Shown: piece by piece, positions 52,640 through 64,000 of the stretch | How the letters are laid out: each line of letters opens with the position of its first letter | Numbering within the stretch: position 1 is the stretch's first letter | DNA from: Octopus sinensis | Lineage: Eukaryota | Assembly: GCF_006345805.1 (NCBI RefSeq) | Contig: NC_043007.1 | Coordinates: 57,226,001-57,290,000, forward strand | Direction of reading: 5' to 3' | Length of the DNA stretch: 64,000 bases | Notes under the pieces: generated by a model | Databases searched by the model: none | What the model was told of the DNA's origin: nothing | What the model saw: only the letters and a program-made list of their open reading frames with translations | Translations under genes and position numbers: made by a program

Positions 52640-52814
52640 TATGATTGTGATGATTATTATTGTTACCATTAGCATCATCGTCGTCATCATCGTCTTCACC
52701 ATCACCACCATCACAATCATAATCATCATCCTCATCATTACTAACACCATCATCATCATCATCACCATCATCACCAACATCACCGCTACCATCACCACGA
52801 TCACCACCCTCTAC

Positions 52815-52848
<34 letters not shown>

Positions 52849-52895
52849 GTCATCTTCATCCTTGGAATCGCCGCCATCCTCCTCCTCACCTCCCC

Positions 52896-52930
<35 letters not shown>

Positions 52931-53538
52931 TATCATTATCATCATCAATGTATGAAAATGACTTTTTCCTCACTAATTTAGCTACAGTCCTCATCCCGGA
53001 GATTTAGATATTTATTTATCCTCGACACAAAAGCAACAACAATAACAACATAATAATAACCAATACAATAACGACAACTGACAATGATGCGAAACGTAGC
53101 CCCATTTGCAACAATATCAACAACAGTAATGATAGTGGTAGCAAGCGCCACCAGACGAATGGCAAACACCTAACAAACATTTCTATGAAGTATAATATTC
53201 AGTAGCAACAACAACAACAACAGCATTAACTGTCTTTACAAAAGCAACAATTCAATTAAACATACTACCAATATCAACAACAATGAGAATAACAGGAACA
53301 GCAATAACAGAAACATGGCCAGAAACTAACATACATACACATTACATAGACAAGTAAACAGCCAAACGCGCAGAAAATACAAAATATAACGTTAAAGGGA
53401 CATAAGAAAACCAGAAAATAAACAACGATGCAACAACAACAACAATAACAATAACAACAACAACTATGGCAGTAAAATATAACTAAAGAACACCAATGAG
53501 AACAAAAGCCGGAACGACAACAACAATAATGATGATGG

Positions 53539-53569
<31 letters not shown>

Positions 53570-54789
53570 AAGAAGAAACAACAACAACAACGACAATAAT
53601 AATAATAATAATAATAAAAATAAAAATAATAATAATAATCATGATAACTAAATAATATAAACGAAATGTATATATAAAGATGTCTGTGTGAATAACTAGA
53701 ACTAAATAAACAAAGATGGTTGTATAAAGGCTTAAATAAATTTTTCTAGACGAAAGGTATGGCGGTCTCTTATAGTTTCTTTTGAAGCCCGAAAGAAAAG
53801 CAGGATCGGCTGATGAGAATAAGAGGTTGCAATGAAGGAAATCACAGAAATAGAAGCAAGTTCAAATAGAACAATGGGGTAGAGAAGCCACAGCAGTGTT
53901 GTTTTCATGGTAACTGTTTTTAATTGCCGCAATTTCTTTTTAAAAGAACTACCATTATGAATACTGAAAGAAAGAAAGAAAGAAAGAAACAAACAAACAA
54001 ACAAAAGAAAACAAACAAGCAATAAATAATAATTATATATATATATATATATAAAAGAATGTTGACAGCGGCGGAGGAGGAGTGGAAGGAACTTCTATTC
54101 AGTTAATATTTTTATTTTATTCTGTTAATTTACTCCTGTTTTATATACGTATTCATTACGAAGTTTTTCTTTATGCCTTCCATATTTTTTCCTCCGCTAT
54201 ACATGCGCAGATACGGTAATGTATATACATATATGGAAGCAAGTTATTCGCCTACATAAACACTGTGTGTATGTGTTAATGCGTACAATGTACCTGTACT
54301 TATTTATCTATTTATTTATTTCTCCCGCTCTTTTACACACACATACACTTCATGTACACGCACACACACACATATATATGTATATGCACACATACACACA
54401 TGTATATATACAATTGAAAGTGCCTCCGTTGCTGTAAATAATGTAGTTGTTATTTTCTTCTTTTCTGTTTAATATCATCAACGAATTTCCCTTAATTCAT
54501 TGTTTTCTTAATTTCTGTCTTCTTGCTTAAGAAATCGCTTTCCTCCTCCTGCTCCTCCTGCTCCTCCTCTTCCTCCTTGTCATCAACATCCCGCAGATGA
54601 TCATGTTCACGATCGGCATGCTCCTCCTCCTACTCCTCCCCTCCCCTCCCCTCCCCTCCTCCTTCTCCTCCTCCTCGTCGTCGGCGTCGTCATCACCATC
54701 ATAGCTGGTTGTTATTTGTTGTTGTTCTTGTATTGTTGTCGAACGCGTGTGTAAAAACGGTTATATTTTCATTGTTGTCATTATTATTA

Positions 54790-54851
<62 letters not shown>

Positions 54852-55810
54852 TATTATTATTAACATCATGCTTGTTTATATTCATAGGTTTTGTTTTACT
54901 GTTGCTGCCGTTGTTTACGTTTTTTTCTTCTTTATGATGCATTTTATATTTTTTCTTTTGTTATTGTTATTGTTGTTGTTGACAGCATTTCATTCTATTG
55001 CACAGTCGCGTCCTATTCTTGTTAATCTGCTAATTGCTAATTCATTTATTTATAGCTGTTATTCATCACAGTTTCTCGAGCTGTTGTTACAGTTGTTGTT
55101 GTTATTGTTGCTGTTGATGATGATGATGTTACCATCATCGTCGAAGCACTTCTGTTGATGTTGTTGGCGGTGTTATAGGTGATGGTGGCGTAGTTGGTGT
55201 TATTACCATTCGTTTGCTACACTTCATAATTTTTGTATCACCTTTGTCTCCAACAACACCGGCCGGCACCACCACCACCACCACCACCACCACCACCACC
55301 ACACCACCACCACCACCACCACCTCCACCTCCACCACCTCCACCACTTCCACCACCATGAGCAGCAGCACCTACAGTGGCACCAGCACCAGCAGCAACAC
55401 CAGCAGCAACATCAGCATCGCCACCACCATCACCACTACCACCACTGGCCCAACATTACCACCTTCAACATCAGTAGCAGTAGCAGCATCACCAACACCA
55501 CCGCCTCCACTACGGCCACCACGAGCACCAGCATCACGAGCACCAACAACAACAACACCATCATCAACACCATCAACACCGGCACTGGCCCTGCACCGCC
55601 ACCACCACCACCACTACAACCATTACCACCACCACAAGCACAACACAACTATAACCACTACAGCCTGTACTATTACCACCACTGATACCACCATCCGCAT
55701 CACCAAGAGCGCTGTCTACACAAGCACAACAACCACCAAACGGAAAGCCAACACGACGACGACGATGACCACCACCACCACCACCACCACCATCAACACT
55801 ATTGCCTCAA
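52640..55810. repeat. Trinucleotide low-complexity field: (CAT)n, (AAC)n, (ATT)n, (CTC)n, (CAC)n
   Basis: Direct reading. The poly-P/H/Q/T ORFs derive from it. Confidence 0.9.
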
Positions 55811-55842
55811 CCATTAACATTATCACTAATACCTCTAGAATA

Positions 55843-55996
55843 CTTCTTTCAGTTTCCGTCTAACAAATCTATTCACAAGACTGGATGGCTTCAGCCTTTA
55901 GAAGAAGATACTCACCCAAAGTGACACACAGTGGGACTGAACTCGGAACCATATGGTTGGGAAGCAAGCTTCTTACCACAACGCCACGCCTGCGCC
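55843..55996 (-). mobile_element. Family A SINE 5' half
   Basis: GGCGCAGGCGTGGCGTTGTGGTAAGAAGCTTGC...GAGTTCAGTCCC...GACGGAAACTGAAAGAAG. Confidence 0.85.
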
Positions 55997-56069
<73 letters not shown>

Positions 56070-56398
56070 ATGTATGTATGACGTCTGTGCGTGCGAATGT
56101 GTGTATAAAATGATAACGCAACACGCAACGATTTCATGAGCACTTATTACGATGTATTACAACTTAACAAACGTAGCTAGGAAGTCCCTTTCATGCTTCA
56201 TACATGTAGATCCGAAACTTACGTTCATTTGTTGCATCGGAGAACATACTTATCTGTCATTGGAAGAAGAAATATTTATTCAAAATGTCTCGTTTTACAA
56301 TTGTTTCGGTAGCAATTATACACTACTTTGCGAGAAGACAATTTCGAATAGATAAACTGTTACATCTATACAGTTCTATATTTAAGCGATGAGGAATT

Positions 56399-56737
<339 letters not shown>

Positions 56738-56878
56738 TGGGCATATGGCGCAGTGGTTAAGAGCGCGGGCTACTAACTCCAAGATTCCGAGTTCGATTCC
56801 AGGCAATGACCTGAATAATAATAATATAATAATAATATAATAATATATAATAATAATAATATAATAATAATAATAATA

Positions 56879-56913
<35 letters not shown>

Positions 56914-57087
56914 TAATAATAATATAATAATAATAATAATAATAATAATATTAATAATAATAACAACAACAACATCGAAAAATACTTTAAAAATGAGAAC
57001 CCAGGTTCGAAATTTCCCCAAGACAGCCGAAACAAGACGAGGACAAATATCCGTCAAACGTAAATAATGTAAATAATGTAAATAATG
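56738..57087 (+). mobile_element. HHR-SINE copy 3 (complete tRNA head, HHR core deleted)
   Basis: GGGCATATGGCGCAGTGG..GAGTTCGATTCC..(TAA)n..CCCCAAGAC|AGCCGAAAC..(AAATAATGT)3 tail. Palindromic junction TATGCCCATGGGCATA at 56730-56745. Confidence 0.85.
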
Positions 57088-57091
57088 TTAC

Positions 57092-57199
<108 letters not shown>

Positions 57200-57413
57200 T
57201 TCTGTCTGTCTCTGTGTCTATGTATGTATACGTGTGTGTGTGTGTGTGCGTGTGTGCATGTGCGTGTGTATATGCCTGTGTGTGTGAGTGTATTGGTAAT
57301 TGTATTTTATGTCAGGTTATATATAAAGCAATTGAAATTGAACTGAAATATTCCACAATACTTTTTTTAGTGTACATATTTAATTGACTTTTATTAAGGA
57401 AAGCTTGACAGTG

Positions 57414-57449
57414 ACTTCGACGTTTCGGCTTGTTCGCTTTCACCAAACA
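57414..57449 (-). ncRNA. Degenerate HHR-like motif
   Basis: Minus strand TTT-TTGGTGA-A-AGC(gaacaa)GCC-GAAACGTC-GAA; differs from the canonical motif by three transitions. Confidence 0.35.
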
Positions 57450-57519
57450 CTAACTGATGCTTTCTGTTTTACGTTGATCCCACAATTGTTGCTGCTCCGC
57501 CTCTAAACTGCCCTTCAAA

Positions 57520-57626
57520 TTTCCGAAGCTATAGCAGAAAACAGTGGCCCAAGGTGGCCACGCAATAGGACTGAACCTGGAACCATGTGGCTAGGAAGCA
57601 CACCTCTTACCCTATAGTCACGCCTG
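57520..57626 (-). mobile_element. Family A SINE 5' fragment
   Basis: GGCGTGACTATAGGGTAAGAGG..GGTTCCAGGTTCAGTCC..CACCTTGGGC. Confidence 0.7.
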
Positions 57627-58753
57627 CATCTATGAATATGTATGTGTGTTTGTATACACATACACAAATACACAAACACAGAGAAAACAAAGACACTACA
57701 TTATTTAGGATGATAGCACACCAATTTTTGAACTGCGTAGTTAGCACGCTAAATTCAATTAAACACCAACTGACTCTTAGAGATATCGAAACCTCCATTC
57801 TCATCTTTCCTACTTCATAAACTTTGCATACTGGTTATGAGCAACGCCATCATCGCTTAGATACCAAGATAGAATAAAAGACAAAGAAAAAAGAAAAAGG
57901 ACTCGGCCCCAAAACACATTCACAGCATCCAAAAGCCTGTCATCGTTTCCTTAGGCAAAACCCCTTGTTTGGTTCATTTTTATTTTGCCTCATTTGGGCA
58001 ACGACACTTCGCTAACAAATCGACAGAGAATTACTTGGGGAGTCAAATGATTACGTTGAGAGAGAGGGGGAAAGTAGAGGAGAAGGGGAGAGGGAGGGAG
58101 AGGAGGAGTGAGGTAGGAAAGAGAGGGGATGGAGAGAGAGAAGGGGAGAGGGGATAGAAACAGAGGGTGTGAGAGAGGGGAAGAAAGGAGGAGAGAGAGC
58201 GGAAAGTAGAGAGATAGGAGGGTAGAGAGAGAGGAGGGGAGAGAGAGGAGGGGAGAGAGAGGAAGAGAGAGACAGAAAAAGAGAAATGGAGAGAGAAGGA
58301 GAGACAGGGAGAGGGAAAGAAAGAGAGAAAGACAGAGGAAGGAAGGGACAGGGAGATGCATTGGTCAGCTGATTAAAATGGATTTCAGACGCTAAACTTG
58401 CATCATAGCTGCCTCCTCCCATTTCGACACTGATATCCACCATTGACTTCCTTACGCTTTCTCTCTTCCTTCCAATCCTGCACTAGTTTCTCCAAGTCGT
58501 TTAAACACTTCTCTTCATATGTCTTACTCTTTATCTCATTCATTCTCCACTTTACTCCTCTCCCCTCTCACCCTCTGTCTTTTTGTTACTATATCTCTCC
58601 CTCTCTCTCTCCCCCATTTAACTCTCATTCTCTTCCTCCCAACTTCTCTCCTTTTCTCGCACTAAGCTCGTCTAATCACCAGCCTTATTATTATTTTTAC
58701 TTCTGAAAACGCACGTGCATGTTTGAATGCAAACGTATATGTATGTGTATATA

Positions 58754-58867
<114 letters not shown>

Positions 58868-59263
58868 CGAACTTCCACCATGGGTCATCACAATTGCTTA
58901 AGGTAAAAATGAATTCCTCGCTCTTTCGGAAACATCAATCTTCTGTATTGACCACTTTCCACCACTTTGATCTGTTTTTTGTATTGAATACGTATCGCCA
59001 CCGTGGGCCACTGCATCGAACACTTTGAACATATACTTCAAACTATATATCAACTATACATGAACTAATATCAACTATACATGAACTCTAAGATGTCTGA
59101 CTCCGTTGTGTATTAAATGAATTTCTTGTGTTTGACGGCATGAGCTGTCTTTTTATATATAACTTTTTTTGATAAGGTTCATTTCAGGAACTGAAACATG
59201 TTATAATGTATATATAAAAATTAAAAATGTATAATACAGCAGCATTTTCGAACTTCATTTTTT

Positions 59264-59302
<39 letters not shown>

Positions 59303-59539
59303 TAAATAGGTGTGTGTGAATATATATATATATATATATATGCATATATGTGCATGTATATATATGTAAATATATATATGTACACATATAGATATATATG
59401 AGTATATATATACATATATACATATATATAGGTGTATAGTATATATATATATAATATATATATATATATTATATATATATATATATAAATATATACATAT
59501 AATGTATGTATAATATACACGTGTATATGTATAAATATG

Positions 59540-59592
<53 letters not shown>

Positions 59593-59604
59593 ATATATAT
59601 TACA

Positions 59605-59825
59605 TGTGGTTAGGGCAGCGGACTTGCGGTCGGAGGATCGCGGTTTCGATTCCCAGACCGGGCGTTGTGTGTGTTTATTGAGCGAAAACACCTAAAAGCT
59701 CCACGAGGCTCCGGCAGGGATGGTGGTGATCCCTGCTGTACTCTTTCACCACTCTAAAAGGCGGTGCTCCAGCATGGCCGCAGTCAAATGACTGAAACAA
59801 GTACAAAAAAAAAAAAAAAAAAAAA
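59605..59825 (+). mobile_element. tRNA-derived SINE family C with family A-type 3' tail and poly(A)
   Basis: GTGGTTAGGGCAGCGG..GGTTTCGATTCC head, distinct body, tail GGCGGTGCTCCAGCATGGCCGCAGTCAAATGACTGAAACAAGT shared with 45720-45748. Confidence 0.8.
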
Positions 59826-60028
59826 ATATATATATATAATATATATATATATACGCATGCATATGCATATATAAGCTTAAATACGCATATGTATATGCAT
59901 ACGTCTATGTCTATATAGTTATGCATAAGAATAACTTTTTGTGGCCCTGTTTCAAAAGATTTCAATGTTGTTATGCCAATATGCAAATATATACATGCAT
60001 GATTGCGCGCATATGCGTGTGAATGTGA

Positions 60029-60071
<43 letters not shown>

Positions 60072-60126
60072 CATATATTATATATTATATATATATAAAC
60101 ATTCATTATATATTATATATATATGT

Positions 60127-60178
<52 letters not shown>

Positions 60179-60286
60179 TTATATATATACACATATATTA
60201 TATATATTATATATATATAAACATATATTATATATTGTATATATATATAAAAAACATATATATATATTATATATATAAAAACATAT

Positions 60287-60317
<31 letters not shown>

Positions 60318-60323
60318 GCACAA

Positions 60324-60360
<37 letters not shown>

Positions 60361-60737
60361 AATAAATATATATATATATATATACGCACACATACACACA
60401 TATAGAGAAGCATGTATGAACTCACACACAAGCATACATTTATACGGAAGTATAAATATTACTGAATAAATATATATATTTATAAACGTGTACATGATTA
60501 TATCTAAGTGTATAAGTCTGGAAATGTTTTGGTGTGTGTATGAGCGTATGTGTGGTGTGGTGGTGGTGGTCGTCGTGTGTGTGTGTAGGGAGTATGTGTG
60601 TGTGTGTGTTTGAGTATATATATGTGAATGGTACAAGCGAAAATTTTGATAACACAAAAATAATTTTGACATACAACCGCGCGCGCAAAATACCCAACAA
60701 ATTGAAGAAAACAAATACGCAGGCATATACACACACT

Positions 60738-60864
<127 letters not shown>

Positions 60865-61156
60865 CACGAATACACACAATACATTTGTACATATGTATAT
60901 GTTCATAAGTTTGTGTATGTGAGAGCGAGAGAAAGAGAGCGTATGTCTGTATAGGTACAAATGCGCGTGAAGTTTGTGTGTATGTGTGTGTGTGTATGTG
61001 TGTGCATTTGCGTTTGTGTTGCTTAAAGCGAACCTTTAACTTCGAATAATGAAATAAATTGTATATATTAGATACTTTTTTTTATCTCCCGTTACTCACA
61101 TACAAGCACGCATATACATGTATGAATGCGTGAGTAAATACATATATATACACGCA

Positions 61157-61191
<35 letters not shown>

Positions 61192-62787
61192 AAAAACCAG
61201 CTTAGAGAAGAAGAAGAAACGAAACGAAACGAATCGAAGTGTATGTGTGTTTGTATGTGTGTGCACACGCACAAGCACACTCACAGAATGTGAAATGATG
61301 TATTCGTTTATGCGCGCTTGTATGTGGGTGTAAAAATCAACTTTACGCAGCAACCAGGATGGCCGCAACGAACGCCATGCCAACGTCTGTACCACTGATT
61401 GGGCGTTACGTCAAACGTGTGTGATATGCTTATAACAGATGGCTGGCGGTTATTTCGTTTTGCACCCCGTCTTCTCATCGTCATCTCCTCTACCTCTCAC
61501 TCCTGTCTGTCATTTTCTTCTACTTTCTCTTCTATTTTTGCCTCCCCTCATTTTTTTACTCCTCCCCTTCCTTTTTATTCTCATTCACTATTCACTTATT
61601 CTCTTCTTTTAGTTGTTCGCAATCGAACCGTAATTTTTGGTTTGAATATTTCCTGCAAGTTTTCCCCGCATTAAGGATCTGTGTTTGTGCTGTATGTGTG
61701 TGTATACGGGAGCGTGTGTAAATTGATAGACAAATAAAACTATTAACTAATTAATTAAGTGAGAAGGAACCATGCCACTCTTGTGGGTTACAGAGGTGAA
61801 TATTTGATTGCAACACTATAGTTCTTCCGAAGAATATTGAAATATTATTCCATAAATGATCCCTATGCTCTGAAACAATTCACTACAACTGATACTTATT
61901 GCCTATTTATTGTGATAAACGAATAACAAATATTTTCTTAAGATAAATAACAGTGATACGCCTTCAGCTGTTTTTAACTCAAAATCCATGAATTCGTATC
62001 TCAGTTTCCTATTCAAATCCGCTATTTTGCCTTTTAATTTAATATCTTCGTTATACATTATAAGAGTCCATTGATTTTTCGCTTCTTATCGCTGAATTTA
62101 ATTCACTGACTTCGAGGAATAGATAAATCTTCCCGTGACTAAAACGACACTTTATTGAATATTTCCAGACGGTACCCTACAAAGGATATCAGCAAAGGAG
62201 TGCAATGGACTTTCGGAAATCTAATTTAAGGCTTTTAAATTAATTTTTGAACGTCTTGGAAACCATGTTGTTCATCGTTATTTATGATGTGACACTTAAA
62301 TATAATCAATAAAAACGAGGTAATAATACAAACAAAATCATTCTCTGCAAAGATCACCATAATTCTTTTACGTGTCATACAAATTACCCCAGTATTTTTC
62401 GTTTGTTTTACTTTCTTCAATCAGCCATAATTTCAAAAAGATTCAGAAACACTAATCTGTTTCCCTAAATTTCTATTATTGTTGACGAGATGTACAAATT
62501 TGCCTTTCATCGTTCTTCAGGTGGGGTGGACAAAATTAAGTGCAAGTTAAATACTTAGGTGGTTTTAATTGACCGTACTCTACATCGAAATAGGTGAATA
62601 TCTGAAATTAACAGATACCAGACTGCAATCGGTAATAGGTAAACAAACACCACTTCATATAAAAGGCCCTTCCTAGGGTTTATCTTCAACGGATTTGAAC
62701 GCAAGTATCATATATAAGCAATCAAAACATCTATTTAATTTATTTCTACAGACATGGCTGTTTGATTTAGAACTTCACTTTGTAACT

Positions 62788-63245
62788 TTATCGTTATAAG
62801 TCTACCCTTCGTCCCTGCATTGAGTACTGTTGTCATATATGGGCAGGTGCCTCTGCGGATTGCTTAACTCTGTTAGACTGTATTCAACGCCGTATTTATA
62901 ATGTTATTCGTCTTGATCTATCTTCTAAATTTGATTCACTCTCTCATCGTCGTCATGTGGCTTCCTTGTCTCTTTTCTATAAGTATTTTCATGGACATTG
63001 TTCAGCTGAGCTCTCTTCTCTTTAAGAACTCATCCTTTAAGAACTTATCAGCGATCAACTAGTCTTGCATCCAGTTCTCATCAGTATATTCTGCAATCTC
63101 CTAAGTGTCGTAAAGTACTTTACAGTACCAGTTTCTTCCCTCTCGCCTCTGAACTTTGGAATTCCCTCTCAGTCTTGTTTTTCTCTTCAATATGATCTCT
63201 TGTCTTTTAAGTCTAATGTACATCGTCACCTATTGACTTATGTCC
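62788..63245 (+). mobile_element. CR1/Jockey-group LINE 3' fragment (RT C-terminal region)
   Basis: YKSTLRPCIEYCCHIWAGAS..LLDCIQRR..SLSHRRHVASLSLFYKYFHG..SFKSNVHRHL. Confidence 0.85.
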
Positions 63246-63619
63246 AGCGTCCATTTATTCTAATAGCTCTTACATTTTCAGTGGTCTAAGGACCTTGTAA
63301 CGAGCGAATGCTTTAAAAAACTAAAACTGTTGTTCTGGGTTCGATCTGACTACATAACATCTTGCACAAATGCGACACTTGTTCAGTTGAGTGCAATTTG
63401 CTAATGTTCATCTTGGCTTACAAATAAGCCTTTAACCGACTGAAGGAACCAACTCCAATGAGTGGAAACCTTAAGTATCGGTCATGAGATCTTGACTGTA
63501 AATATTAGTGCACAGCTATCAGATATGGAGTATTCTTTCCTTAATCTGTCACTGCTAACGTGTACACCCCCCCCCCGCACGCACGCACACACACACCACA
63601 CACACACACACACACACAC

Positions 63620-63663
<44 letters not shown>

Positions 63664-63930
63664 CAGTATTCATGTATACACACATATATACCTATATACA
63701 CGTGTGTGTGTCTATATACAGGGGATTAGATAAACTGAGTGATTAAAATAGAACATTTCTTTATTAATATTCAAGATATACTCTTGAAATTACATAAATA
63801 TGGACATCAACATAGGCACCATTAAAATTCCATAACATTCTTTAATCTTTCATGATATTCCAACAAAATTTTCAGACACATCTGTGATTAAAATAAAAAG
63901 CAACAATAATATGCAATATGATTCTAGCAG

Positions 63931-64000
63931 GGCGACGAGCTTGCAGAATGGTTAGCACACCGGACAAAATGCTTACCAGCATTTTGTCCGGTTTCACATT
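63931..64000 (+). mobile_element. Family B SINE 5' end running off the window
   Basis: GGCGACGAGCTTGCAGAATGGTTAGCACACCGGACAAAATGCTTA, homologous to other family B heads. Confidence 0.75.

Noticed and set aside
55233-55863. Poly-Pro/His/Gln/Thr ORFs resembling a transcription factor or mucin
   Set aside because: They are translations of (CAC)n/(CAG)n repeats, open in several frames, with no domain or splice support.
56738-56812. Functional tRNA gene
   Set aside because: T and acceptor stems pair poorly and the head continues into a SINE body. The same holds for the other tRNA-like heads.
58380-58540. Protein-like frame KTYEEKCLNDLEKLVQDWKEE on the minus strand
   Set aside because: It lies in purine-rich low-complexity DNA, ends in a stop, and has no splice sites or clear family match.

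Overview
AT-rich, microsatellite-saturated eukaryotic DNA, most likely from an octopus (inferred from its tRNA-derived SINE families and repeat style; not verified). It looks intronic or intergenic: I found no convincing host exon, and almost all listed ORFs are translations of simple repeats. Recognisable content is decayed mobile DNA: a near-full RTE LINE (37.5-41.6 kb), an RT-deleted Tx1/L1-like LINE (46.3-50.05 kb), R4/Dong-type fragments next to (TAA)n, a CR1-like tail, a Penelope-like element (PLE) with GIY-YIG endonuclease (21.4-22.8 kb), non-autonomous Helitrons, Tc1/mariner relics and MITEs, and many SINEs. The most striking layer is RNA-level. About ten PLE-type minimal hammerhead ribozyme (HHR) motifs occur, from several unrelated families, most with a palindromic stem III. 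Two sit inside perfect inverted repeats. One forms the 3' module of a tRNA-headed SINE that inserts as head-to-head inverted copies, so it is a candidate Penelope-mobilised, ribozyme-carrying SINE. All structures were folded by eye and none has been tested computationally or experimentally.
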